DNA of 64,000 nucleotides from an uncultured Roseburia sp. (GTDB lineage Bacteria > Bacillota > Clostridia > Lachnospirales > Lachnospiraceae), in assembly GCA_905193415.1 (NCBI GenBank), contig CAJJOP010000011.1, forward strand, positions 1,877-65,876, read 5' to 3'. The translations under genes were made by a program, and so were the position numbers. Numbering within the stretch: position 1 is the stretch's first letter; the number at the start of each line of letters is the position of its first letter. Of this stretch, positions 1 through 9,039 are shown piece after piece. The notes below the pieces were generated by a model. It saw only the letters and a list, made by a program, of their open reading frames with translations, ran no database searches and was not told the DNA's origin.

Positions 1-1
1 A

Positions 2-571
2 CATCTGATTGAAAACCTGAAGATCCAGGGAGCGACCATCACTTCCTGGGGTGTCGGCACCAGCCTGATCACATCCAAAGACTGCCCTGCTTTCGGCGGC
101 GTATACAAACTTGCCGCCATCCAGACAGAAGACGGCAGTTTTATCCCGAAGATCAAGCTTTCTGAAAATACTGAAAAAATCACAAACCCGGGAAATAAAA
201 CGTTCTACCGCATTTATGAAAAAGAAACCGGCAAGATCAAAGCAGATCTCATCTGTCTGGCGGATGAAACCTTCGACCCGAAAGAAGACCTTCTGCTCTT
301 CGATCCAAACGCTACCTGGAAACGTACCCGTTTAAAAGGCGGCACTTATACTATGCGCGAGATGCTGGTTCCGGTCTTCGACAGAGGAAAATGCATCTAT
401 ACCAGCCCGACTGTTATGGAGATCCAGGAATACTGTAATCAGGAAAAATCTACTCTGTGGGACGAAAACATGCGTTTTGTCAATCCGGCAGAGATCTATG
501 TGGATCTGTCTGATAAGCTGTATCAGATGAAAAATAAAGTCTTCAACGAACTGAGTGAAGCAAAATACTAA
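2..571 (+). CDS. pncB: Nicotinate phosphoribosyltransferase, C-terminal part (5' end outside window)
   Basis: Frame 2 is open from base 2: ...ITSWGVGTSLITSKDCPAFGGVYKLAA...IKLSENTEKITNPGNK...; GVGTxL, GGVYKL and KLS..K.TxPG are NAPRTase motifs. Continues into ORF 353-571. Confidence 0.9.
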   Translation, partial: HLIENLKIQGATITSWGVGTSLITSKDCPAFGGVYKLAAIQTEDGSFIPKIKLSENTEKITNPGNKTFYRIYEKETGKIKADLICLADETFDPKEDLLLFDPNATWKRTRLKGGTYTMREMLVPVFDRGKCIYTSPTVMEIQEYCNQEKSTLWDENMRFVNPAEIYVDLSDKLYQMKNKVFNELSEAKY

Positions 572-577
572 AACTCT

Positions 578-635
578 AAAAATGCATTGCATACTAATTG
601 GTTACTCAACAATCATTCGTATACAATGCATTTTT
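578..635 (+). terminator. Intrinsic terminator after pncB
   Basis: AAAAATGCATTG...CAATGCATTTTT inverted repeat followed by a T-rich tract. Confidence 0.6.
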
Positions 636-650
636 CTTTTATAATTTAAA

Positions 651-688
651 AAGAACTAGCTTCTAATTATCATCAGAAGCTAGTTCTT
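651..688 (-). terminator. Intrinsic terminator of the crotonase pair
   Basis: Perfect 14-bp inverted repeat AAGAACTAGCTTCT/AGAAGCTAGTTCTT, with a T-run on the minus strand. Confidence 0.7.
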
Positions 689-738
689 GCTTATCATTTA
701 CTTAACCATATTCAAATACAAGCTGGTCAACAACTCTC

Positions 739-1767
739 TTATTTTGCTGGTTTTGGTCTGTAAGGTGTCGCAGTTTTTGCGCCGTATGGATTCTCTGCTT
801 CGCCTGCCTCAACTTTCTTGAACCACTCAAACGGTTCTGTACGGAACATCTCCCATGTCTCACAGTTCTGTGGCTGCTGCATGTATGGGAATGTGTAACG
901 CCAGTCATTGGTACGGCTGATATATTTCTCATCCTGCTGTCCGGAGTTCTCGTCTCCAAGGTCACCTGCTGCAATACGAAGAAGGGAGCCATACTGCTCA
1001 CTTACAGTGTGAAGCTTCAAATCTTCTACAAACAGTTTCTTCAGCGGACGTTTTGCAAGGTTGGACATGATTGTTCTGTTTTCATATGGCATAGTCTTCC
1101 ACATACGGGCGATCTCCCATGCACGATCCATTACTTTATCTTTCGGTACCACTTCACTTACCATGCCCCAGTCAAGCATCTGCTGCGCTGTCCACTGACG
1201 GCTTGTCATCATATAGTAATTGCCGCGTTTTGTTCCAAAATAATGCTGAGCCATCAGTCCCATTGCATCGCCCGGTACAAGTCCGCCGTGTGCGTGCGGC
1301 ACTTCCATCCATGTATCTTCAGAAGCAATTGTCACATCACTGAGCATTGCAGAATCCCAGTGGAAACCAGGTCCCGGAATCGCACCGATAGTCGGTACAT
1401 CAAGATCGAAGATCATATTTTTGATCAGGTTTGTATCATCGAAATACTGATGCTGGAAACGCTGGGTCGGAAGCTCTGAATAAGTCTCCCATCCGTTCGG
1501 GTCAGATTCTGTCATCCAGCTGTCGCCGATGTGGGTAAAAATGATGATCTCATTTTTAAAGTCGAGAGAAAGCATTCTTACTAACTGTCCGATTGCACGG
1601 TGGGACATTCCGCTGTGGTGCATCGGGCCGTCATTTGTCTTCCATGTTACCTGAAGAATGCCATCTTCACGATACAGATCTGCAAAATCTTTAAACCATG
1701 CGCCGTATTCTTCCAGCTCCGGTAATTTTGCATAAGGTGCCATAGGTTTGTTGTTTTCGTTTGCCAT
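739..1767 (-). CDS. Crotonase-superfamily protein, 6-oxocamphor hydrolase/beta-diketone hydrolase-like (copy 1)
   Basis: 342 aa; VPTIGAIPGPGFH, VPHAHGGLVPGDA, GTKRGNYYMMT, LDWGMVSEVV, DRAWEIAR. His/His/His/Asp pattern as in 6-oxocamphor hydrolase. AAGGAGG RBS. Confidence 0.8.
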   Translation of the reverse strand: MANENNKPMAPYAKLPELEEYGAWFKDFADLYREDGILQVTWKTNDGPMHHSGMSHRAIGQLVRMLSLDFKNEIIIFTHIGDSWMTESDPNGWETYSELPTQRFQHQYFDDTNLIKNMIFDLDVPTIGAIPGPGFHWDSAMLSDVTIASEDTWMEVPHAHGGLVPGDAMGLMAQHYFGTKRGNYYMMTSRQWTAQQMLDWGMVSEVVPKDKVMDRAWEIARMWKTMPYENRTIMSNLAKRPLKKLFVEDLKLHTVSEQYGSLLRIAAGDLGDENSGQQDEKYISRTNDWRYTFPYMQQPQNCETWEMFRTEPFEWFKKVEAGEAENPYGAKTATPYRPKPAK

Positions 1768-1993
1768 AGTAAATGGTCCTCCTTTGATAATAAATAGATT
1801 GGTTTATTGTCTCCTAAGAGGTCCTGCGTTTTACGCAATCCGCTCTGCGCACAACAGATGTGACACATCCGCCATACGTAATAGGTTAATTTTCAACTTT
1901 TCTTTTTAACTGTCTTTCTTATGAACTGCTACTTACCAGTCCCCAACAGTCTTTTGTATTCATCTCCAACATACAGGTGCTGTATTTCTTTTT

Positions 1994-3019
1994 TTATTTT
2001 GCAGGTTTTGGTCTGTATGGTTTTACCGGTTTTGCAGCAAATGGATTCTCCACCTCTCCTGCTTCCACTTTTTTGAACCATTCTGCTGCCTTTTTCGGCA
2101 TATTCCGCCAGGACTCTGCTGTCTGCGGCTGCTGCATATCTGTAGTAGCATAACGCCAGTCATTTACACGGCTGATGTATTTTTCATCCTGCTGTGCAGA
2201 GTTCTCATCGCCAAGGTCGCCTGCTGCGATACGAAGGAGAGAACCGTACTGCTCACTTACGGTATGAAGTTTCAGATCATCAACAAGCAGCTTTTTCAGC
2301 GGACGTTTTGCAAGGTTGGACATAATTGTTCTGTTTTCGTATGGCATAGTCTTCCACATACGGGCGATCTCCCATGCACGGTCAAGAACAGTCCCTTTTG
2401 CACATACTTCACTTACCATTCCCCAGTCAAGCAGCTGCTGAGCTGTCATCTGACGGGTTGTTGTCATGTAGTAATTGCCACGTTTTGTTCCAAGATAATG
2501 CTGAGCCATCAGACCCATTGCATCGCCCGGTACAAGTCCGCCCTGTGCATGCGGTACTTCGATAACAGTATCATCTGCTACCAGTGTCACATCACTTAAA
2601 AATGCGGAATCCCAGTGGAAACCAGGTCCTGTTACAGCACCGATGGTAGGTACATCCAGATCGAAGATCATGTTTTTGATCAGGTTGGTATCATCAAAGT
2701 ACTGATGCTGGAAACGCTGGGTCGGAAGTTCCGAATAAGTCTCCCATCCGTTTGCATCGGACTCAATCATCCATGTATCTCCGATGTGGGTAAAGATGAT
2801 GATCTCATTTTTGAAATCCAGAGAAAGCATTCTTACTAACTGTCCAATCGCACGGTGGGACATTCCACTATGGTGCATCGGGCCGTCATTTGTTTTCCAT
2901 GTTACCTGAAGGATTCCATCCTCACGGTACAGATCTGCAAAATCCTTAAACCATGCTCCGTATTCTTCCAGTTCCGGTAATTTTGCATAAGGCGCCATCG
3001 GCTGATTGTTATTTGCCAT
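1994..3019 (-). CDS. Crotonase-superfamily beta-diketone hydrolase-like protein (copy 2, tandem paralog)
   Basis: Nearly identical to copy 1 over most of its length. Start at 3019 chosen from AGGAG spacing; alternative ATG at 3025. Confidence 0.8.
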   Translation of the reverse strand: MANNNQPMAPYAKLPELEEYGAWFKDFADLYREDGILQVTWKTNDGPMHHSGMSHRAIGQLVRMLSLDFKNEIIIFTHIGDTWMIESDANGWETYSELPTQRFQHQYFDDTNLIKNMIFDLDVPTIGAVTGPGFHWDSAFLSDVTLVADDTVIEVPHAQGGLVPGDAMGLMAQHYLGTKRGNYYMTTTRQMTAQQLLDWGMVSEVCAKGTVLDRAWEIARMWKTMPYENRTIMSNLAKRPLKKLLVDDLKLHTVSEQYGSLLRIAAGDLGDENSAQQDEKYISRVNDWRYATTDMQQPQTAESWRNMPKKAAEWFKKVEAGEVENPFAAKPVKPYRPKPAK

Positions 3020-3117
3020 CGTCATTATCTCCTTTTACTGATTGATTTTTATTCCGTTTGTCGGGATATCTGCACAATATTTCTTTGCTTTGGGTACCCC
3101 GTCCCTTTCATGGCTTG

Positions 3118-3187
3118 AGTATAACATCAGACCTGTATAAAATGGAAATTCTCAATATTTCAATGGTTATGTCAAAACCGTATAACC
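3118..3187 (-). promoter_or_regulatory. LysR-type activated promoter: extended -10 TGtTATACT, weak -35 TTCCAT, box GGTTAT-N11-ATAACC at 3165-3187
   Basis: Palindromic T-N11-A box plus an ATGGAAATTC block 13 nt away. The same architecture recurs at 8.4, 8.8 and 19.2 kb. Confidence 0.75.
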
Positions 3188-3502
3188 TTTTTGATGAGTT
3201 CTGCCGTGTCATTTTACCGTATTACGAGCATTTTTCCGCATAAAAACAGCCCCCGCCGGGTGTCACATGACCGCAGCAGAGACTGTTTATCTAGCGTAAT
3301 AAGTTTTCCGGCATGGAGCAGGTCATGTGCCACGATGTGCGCCACGTCCTACTCCGTACCTGTATAAATTTTCTTGTCGTCTCAGTATTTTTCCAATAAA
3401 AATACCAGACATACATTTAATAATAATAAAGAGGAATGTTATGTATATTTTATAAATGAAATGATCTGTAATGAAACATGGCTTTTATCTTTTCAGATAA
3501 TC

Positions 3503-4510
3503 TTAGCCCATGCTCTTAGCAGCAAAGTATGTCGTACCATACTCTTCGCCTGCTTTTACTTTTGTCTGTTCCAGCTGTTCCAGTGTCACTTTCTCAAGCT
3601 CAGCGACTACCGCTTCACGGTCTAACGGTTTCAGTCCAAGCATCTCACGTGCCTCAGCAGAAGTAGCTGGTTCATTGCCATATGCTTCGATCGCTTTTGC
3701 AGCACGCTCTACCAGCATCAGGTTAGTAGCCATGATCTTCTTACCGTCTTTGTCTTTGCCGTATACAACGTTGTCTTCCATACCAACACGAATGTGTCCG
3801 CCATTTGCAAGTGCGGAGAACATAACCGGAAGATGTCCTTTTCCAATACCAAATGCGGACCAGGTCACTTCCTGTGGGAGGTTGCCTTCAGACTGCAGAC
3901 GCTGGATATATGCAAGCATATCCTGAACGTCTCTCGGTTCTGCTGCAAGACCGCCGACAACGCCAAGACAGAGCTGGAAATGAAGCGGAGCTTTTACGAT
4001 GCCTTTTTTCCAGTATACGCCTACGGCACGAATCATGCCCATGTCAAAAACTTCAAACTCCGGTTTGATCTCTCTCTCCTGATACAGATTGCCAAGTTTG
4101 GTCAGGAATGTCGGAGAGTTACTGAAGATACCGCCCGGGATTCCCCAGTTGAAAGAGCCTGCATCAAAAGTACCCATCTCGATGCCCGGAACATTTTTGT
4201 GATGAAGCATACGCACTTCATTGCCGTACGGCGAATCATCGGATACACGGTTGTCTCCGGAAGAAGTGCAGTTGATAATAACGTCACAATCCGGGTATTT
4301 TGTACGAATCAGTTTGATGGTCTCATAAAATTTAACCGGATCCATAACGCCTGCACCCTGATCATCTCTCATATGAAGATGAACAATCGCTGCGCCTGCT
4401 TTCCAGCACTCGTATGCGGTTGCTGCGATCTCTTCCGGTGTCTCCGGAACATCATAGCCGTGTGGTGTGATAGCGCCAGTTAAAGCAGCTGTGATAATTG
4501 TTTTAGCCAT
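3503..4510 (-). CDS. Beta-keto acid cleavage enzyme (BKACE/DUF849, Kce family); candidate triacetate acetoacetate-lyase
   Basis: TIITAALTGA, GAAIVHLHMRD (Zn-binding HxH), KPEFEVFD, GGHIRVGMEDN. Confidence 0.9.
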   Translation of the reverse strand: MAKTIITAALTGAITPHGYDVPETPEEIAATAYECWKAGAAIVHLHMRDDQGAGVMDPVKFYETIKLIRTKYPDCDVIINCTSSGDNRVSDDSPYGNEVRMLHHKNVPGIEMGTFDAGSFNWGIPGGIFSNSPTFLTKLGNLYQEREIKPEFEVFDMGMIRAVGVYWKKGIVKAPLHFQLCLGVVGGLAAEPRDVQDMLAYIQRLQSEGNLPQEVTWSAFGIGKGHLPVMFSALANGGHIRVGMEDNVVYGKDKDGKKIMATNLMLVERAAKAIEAYGNEPATSAEAREMLGLKPLDREAVVAELEKVTLEQLEQTKVKAGEEYGTTYFAAKSMG

Positions 4511-4631
4511 AGTAAACTATCTCCTTTCAAATGTCTGAAACATATTTCTTTTGTTGATAGCTATATTTTATGGGCTCATTTTTTGTTTTTCAAGAGGTTT
4601 GGGCATAGTCATTATACCGTTTGCGACCATG

Positions 4632-4654
4632 CCTTATATGAAAAAATCATAACC
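4632..4654. promoter_or_regulatory. LysR box CCTTAT-N11-ATAACC upstream of the BKACE gene
   Basis: Matches the other boxes, with an A-tract spacer. A TTGAAA-17-TAAAAT promoter lies on the minus strand between it and the gene. Confidence 0.6.
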
Positions 4655-4709
4655 GTTTTTCAGCCAGAGCTTATATACTATAAGTACATTTTTACAGGAG
4701 GAGATAACA

Positions 4710-5036
4710 ATGACACTTTATGATGAATACACAATGAAAAACGGCTCTGTTCTCGTCACAGTCAACGGTTATGACGGGGAGGAAGATTTCTATGCAATGC
4801 ATGACCTGATCAACCAGCTGCTGCAGCCGGAAGATTCCGGATACAGCGTAGACTCCATGTGTGTGGGCGGCTATCTGACGAAAGACAGCATCCTGATCCG
4901 CACCAGCAGTGAAAGCCCCTATGACTGCTGCAGTTTTTTCTATAATCCCACGAAAATGACAGCAGACGAAGCAGCGAAAGCCCGAATCTGGATCGACACG
5001 GTTATCAAAAAGCTGCATGAAGTAAGACCTCGCTAA
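4710..5036 (+). CDS. Hypothetical protein (108 aa)
   Basis: Strong AGGAGG RBS, acidic natural-looking sequence, long convergent hairpin downstream. Confidence 0.7.
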   Translation: MTLYDEYTMKNGSVLVTVNGYDGEEDFYAMHDLINQLLQPEDSGYSVDSMCVGGYLTKDSILIRTSSESPYDCCSFFYNPTKMTADEAAKARIWIDTVIKKLHEVRPR

Positions 5037-5178
5037 TGTACGGGGACTTCCCGACCCAGATGCAAACATGCCCCTGCGCCGGATATACAATATTTTATCC
5101 ATCTGGTTTTATCCCGATGTTAAAATATCTCTTTCCGTACAGGGGCATGTTTTTCCTTATACTTTTCTGTAAAGAATT

Positions 5179-6273
5179 TTATTTCTGTTTTGCAGCCTGA
5201 GCTTTCTTTTCAAAAATCTCTTTAAATGCTTCGTTATATGGCGCTCTTGCCACACCAAATTCTGTTACGATGCCGGCAATCAGTTCATGATCGGTTACAT
5301 CAAAGGCAGGATTGAATACTTTTACGCCTTCTGGAGCCATACGCTCTTTGTACCACATTTCTGTTACTTCTTCCGGTTTTCTCTGCTCAATCTTGATCTC
5401 AGCACCAGTCGGTGTGTTCATGTCGATGGTAGAAGTCGGCGCGCAGATGTATACCGGCACATTGTACTGTTTTGCAACTGCTGCTACGACAGATGTACCA
5501 ATCTTATTTGCAGTATCTCCGTTGGCAGCCACACGGTCACAACCTACAAATACAGCGTTTACCCAGCCGTTTTTCATGACAGTTGCAGACATGTTATCGC
5601 AGATCAGTGTTACATCCACACCTGAAGAGTGAAGCTCAAAAGCAGTCAGACGCGCGCCCTGAAGCAACGGTCTTGTCTCATCTGCAAATACATGAAAATT
5701 GTATCCACGCTCCTGTCCAAGATAGATCGGCGCAGTTGCTGTACCATATTTGCTTGTCGCAAGTTTTCCGGCATTGCAATGTGTTAATATGCCATCGCCT
5801 GGTTTTACAAGCTCCAGACCATACTCTCCGATAGCTTTGCATACACGGATATCCTCTTCCTGAATCTCGACAGATTCCTCTTTCAGAAGTGTCTTGATCT
5901 CTGCAACAGTCTTATCTTTGTTACTCAGCACAACCTGCTCCATGCGGTTCAGAGCCCAGGAAAGATTTACTGCTGTCGGTCTTGAAGAATCCAGATATTC
6001 TTTCTGTTTTTTGAATTCTGCGTAGAAAGCATCAAAATCATCTGTCTCGATTCCTTTTGCAAGTACATAGATGCCATATGCTGCAGCCACACCAATGGCT
6101 GGCGCACCACGAACCTGAAGCAGATAGATTGCATCCCAGATTTCCTGCGCTGTTTTCAGGGAAATGATCTCGGTACGTCCCGGCAGTTTTGTCTGATCAA
6201 TAATTACAACGGCGCTGTTCTCGTCATCCAGAGAAACCGTATCATAATCCATAATGTTTTTCTTCTCTTCCAT
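5179..6273 (-). CDS. mtnA: S-methyl-5-thioribose-1-phosphate isomerase
   Basis: [65 protein letters not shown]. Confidence 0.95.
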   Translation of the reverse strand: MEEKKNIMDYDTVSLDDENSAVVIIDQTKLPGRTEIISLKTAQEIWDAIYLLQVRGAPAIGVAAAYGIYVLAKGIETDDFDAFYAEFKKQKEYLDSSRPTAVNLSWALNRMEQVVLSNKDKTVAEIKTLLKEESVEIQEEDIRVCKAIGEYGLELVKPGDGILTHCNAGKLATSKYGTATAPIYLGQERGYNFHVFADETRPLLQGARLTAFELHSSGVDVTLICDNMSATVMKNGWVNAVFVGCDRVAANGDTANKIGTSVVAAVAKQYNVPVYICAPTSTIDMNTPTGAEIKIEQRKPEEVTEMWYKERMAPEGVKVFNPAFDVTDHELIAGIVTEFGVARAPYNEAFKEIFEKKAQAAKQK

Positions 6274-6337
6274 GTTATCCTCCGATTTTTATTTTAATTC
6301 ACACGCTGTTCTTGCCATCAGTTTACACAGTATCCTT

Positions 6338-6366
6338 AGTATATGTGGTAGTCTCAAAATTGTCAA
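6338..6366 (-). promoter_or_regulatory. SigA promoter of mtnA
   Basis: TTGACA-17 nt-TATACT on the minus strand. Confidence 0.75.
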
Positions 6367-6666
6367 ATGCAAAAACAGCATTTGCCTCCCTCATAGCTGT
6401 TTTCTTTCCCGGTAATTTTAACATTTTCCCAAAACGTCTGTAGCAAAAATAAAAACTGCCTGCCCACAGTTTTTACCGCAGGCAGACAGCCTTTCTTCCT
6501 TATTATAGTGAATCAAATATGAAAAGTGTGAGTAATCATTTTATATGTGCACTTCCTCAGGCACATATTTTGCAATCCTGCGTCTGATATGTAAAGAATG
6601 TCACATACCTTTTCATGCACCTCTGCCCTCCCGTTTCCGGAAGGGCTTTGATGTCTGGATATGTAC

Positions 6667-7947
6667 TTATTCAGCCTGTTTCTGTGAACTTCCGACCTTC
6701 ATCTGTACTTTGACAAATGCGATCATAATACCACCTGCAAGACTGATAATGGCAAATACGACATACGGTACAGTGTAGCCGTTAAATGCTGATCTTAAAA
6801 GAGCCAGTAATACGAAGGACATAGATCTTACGATACCTACAATCATATTGATACAACTGTAAGATACGGCAAAATCTTTTCGACCAAATGCATAACTTGC
6901 CATAGATGGCGCAAAGTTTCCGTTACCGCCGATTGCAAAGCCCAGCATGAAGATACCAATATACATACATGCGCTATTTGGCATCAGCAGGAACAAAATA
7001 CCGACAAAATACCATACGCCAAATGCTACAGATGCCCATTTTGTGCCGATTTTCTGGTCAACAACACCCCAGAGTACAGAGCCAATCATACCGATAACAG
7101 CTGCGACAGTTACCGTCAGGATCGCTGTCTGCTGAGAATATGCTCTTACATCCATGAAATAGCTTACCAACTGAGACATGATACCTACAGTTGCAAGACC
7201 AAAGCATCCATATCCGATTCCAAAAATCCATACTTTTGCATTAGTAAGTGCTTCTTTATAGGAAATCTCCTGAATATTGTCCTTAATTGCCTGCTCTTCT
7301 TCTCTTCTGATAATCTCAGCAACTGCCGGGTCATTATCCGGGAGACAGCCTGCCTCTTCCGGTGTCGCTTTTACAAACAGAATAATCAGAACTGCTACGA
7401 TTGCAATCACGATACCCATAATGGTAAGTGCCATTGTAATATCGAATTTCTGTGACAGCGCATTCAGGATCAGACTGATCAGAGCGCTGGCAAGATTCAT
7501 GCCGATAGTTACAAATCCCATTACAATACCTTTTTTGGTCGGGAACCAGTTTGCGCAAATCGCAAAACCACAGGTAGTTGCAAATGCATTGATGAATGTA
7601 ACGACAAGCACCAGCATAACAGCATACATTGCGATGTTTACGGAATGTCCGTACAGGATCAGAGAAATCGCTGCAAGGAACATCGTAATTACGGTTACTT
7701 TCTTTAATCCCCAGGATTTAATGAACTTACCCCAGAAAAGTACCAGGAACAGGGCAATGATTCCGGCTGGTGTGGAAATAGAAAGAACAGTATCTGCATT
7801 CCAGCCATGAAATGCCGCCATCTGCGGAACGATGATGTTCAGACCATCTACAGTAAGACCTGTCATAAAGAACAAAAGGACTACTTCATAGCAGATGACG
7901 CCCCAGCCTTTGGCGCCAAAATTATAACTCACTTTATTTTTATTCAT
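6667..7947 (-). CDS. MFS transporter
   Basis: About 12 hydrophobic segments; ANWFPTKKGIVMG, central loop PEEAGCLPDN, WGVVDQKIG. Confidence 0.9.
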   Translation of the reverse strand: MNKNKVSYNFGAKGWGVICYEVVLLFFMTGLTVDGLNIIVPQMAAFHGWNADTVLSISTPAGIIALFLVLFWGKFIKSWGLKKVTVITMFLAAISLILYGHSVNIAMYAVMLVLVVTFINAFATTCGFAICANWFPTKKGIVMGFVTIGMNLASALISLILNALSQKFDITMALTIMGIVIAIVAVLIILFVKATPEEAGCLPDNDPAVAEIIRREEEQAIKDNIQEISYKEALTNAKVWIFGIGYGCFGLATVGIMSQLVSYFMDVRAYSQQTAILTVTVAAVIGMIGSVLWGVVDQKIGTKWASVAFGVWYFVGILFLLMPNSACMYIGIFMLGFAIGGNGNFAPSMASYAFGRKDFAVSYSCINMIVGIVRSMSFVLLALLRSAFNGYTVPYVVFAIISLAGGIMIAFVKVQMKVGSSQKQAE

Positions 7948-7994
7948 ATTCTCTTCTCCTACTCAGGAATGGATTCTTCTAAATCTTATCTTTT

Positions 7995-8345
7995 TTATTT
8001 TTTCGGAAGCATGCTTGCGATTACCAGCATCGTTGCAGGCAGATTTGTTTTGTTCAGGATGGATTTTCCTTCGCCTGTTGCAAAATGCATGGAATCGTAT
8101 TTTTTCAGTGTGCAGATCTCTTTTCCTTCTTTATCGGAAACAGTCATCTCTCCGTCAAGGATGAAGTAGATCAGCTCTACCGGAGGCTCAACATACTCTG
8201 TACCGCCACCTGGAAGGAAGTGTGACATTCCTAATGTGAAGTTTTCACACTGGCTTTCTTCTACACTATGGAGTCTGATAGCTCTCATATCAAAATGTCC
8301 TGGTGCATTGTAAGCTGCTGCCTCATTTACCTCTACTTTTCTCAT
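7995..8345 (-). CDS. Cupin-domain protein
   Basis: Start MRKVEVNE after AAGGAG; APGHF, SHFLPGGG, ELIYFILDGEMTV, YDSMHFATGE are cupin motifs. Confidence 0.85.
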   Translation of the reverse strand: MRKVEVNEAAAYNAPGHFDMRAIRLHSVEESQCENFTLGMSHFLPGGGTEYVEPPVELIYFILDGEMTVSDKEGKEICTLKKYDSMHFATGEGKSILNKTNLPATMLVIASMLPKK

Positions 8346-8386
8346 TGTTGTGTATCTCCTTTCGGCTTGTGTTTTTTGCTGATATG

Positions 8387-8456
8387 AATATAACACCTTG
8401 CAAGCCGGAATGGAAATTCGCATTTTTATTGTTTATTATTCAAAAACGTTATAACC
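8387..8456 (-). promoter_or_regulatory. LysR-type promoter of cupin-MFS (TGtTATATT; box TATTAT-N11-ATAACC at 8434-8456)
   Basis: Same ATGGAAATTC block (8410-8419) 17 nt from the -10 element. Confidence 0.7.
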
Positions 8457-8648
8457 ATATAGTAACCATACATTGTTGTTATGTGCAAACATTCACGGTT
8501 TATCTTAATATTTTTAGATGTTTTATACAAATGGCAGTGTTTACTATATACAATGTGTTTGCTGACTCATTCTGACTAAAATATGGAAAACAGGCAATCA
8601 TATTAAGTTTATTTAATCATATTTTTAAACTGCTACCTATATCATTAC

Positions 8649-8687
8649 AGTAAAAATCCGGGCGGGTATTCCGTCCGGATTTTTACT
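8649..8687. terminator. Bidirectional intrinsic terminator
   Basis: AGTAAAAATCCGGGCGG-5 nt-CCGTCCGGATTTTTACT, with T-tracts on both strands. Confidence 0.75.
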
Positions 8688-8770
8688 ATTAGGGGGTTTT
8701 ATGGTATTGGGTTTGTTTGGGTTTGCTCGGATAACACATTCGTCACACATTTGTCTTTATTTATCTAAGC
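8650..8770 (-). ncRNA. Candidate small regulatory RNA (~120 nt) complementary to the 5' leader of the amidohydrolase gene
   Basis: Own promoter (TATACT 8777-8782, AGGGAAATTC 8800-8809, GGTTAT 8823-8828), no ORF, terminal hairpin 8649-8687, first 28 nt complementary to 8921-8948. Confidence 0.65.
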
Positions 8771-8861
8771 AAGCTCAGTATAGCCCGATTGTTACGAAAA
8801 GGGAAATTCAGTTTGTGTATAAGGTTATGTCAAATCGTTTCGTCATTCCGAACTTCTTACC

Positions 8862-9039
8862 TTGCTTTTTACGGATTTTTTATCTTATACTTATAGATGT
8901 AAATATTTATATTAATATCCTCGCGCATTTGTCTTTGTTTATCTAAGCAAACGTAAACACTATCACAACATGTATTTCTGAATTGCTCCTTACATGAAGG
9001 TTTTGGAAATACTGCAAAGACAAATGGAGGTTATTTATT
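8862..9039 (+). promoter_or_regulatory. Promoter (TTGCTT-18-TATACT) and structured 5' leader that sequesters the SD of the amidohydrolase gene
   Basis: 8926-8937 CATTTGTCTTTG pairs with 9015-9026 CAAAGACAAATG; 8919-8922 CCTC pairs with GAGG 9027-9030; inner stem GTATTTC/GAAATAC. Confidence 0.65.

Noticed and set aside
1009..2839. Paired plus-strand ORFs (1009-1479, 1119-1343, 2264-2599, 2374-2565) that resemble each other
   Set aside because: Antisense shadows of the duplicated crotonase genes; no RBS and unnatural composition.
6274..6337. Possible SAM riboswitch before mtnA
   Set aside because: The leader is only about 60 nt and lacks the AUC-AGAG/GCAACC core.
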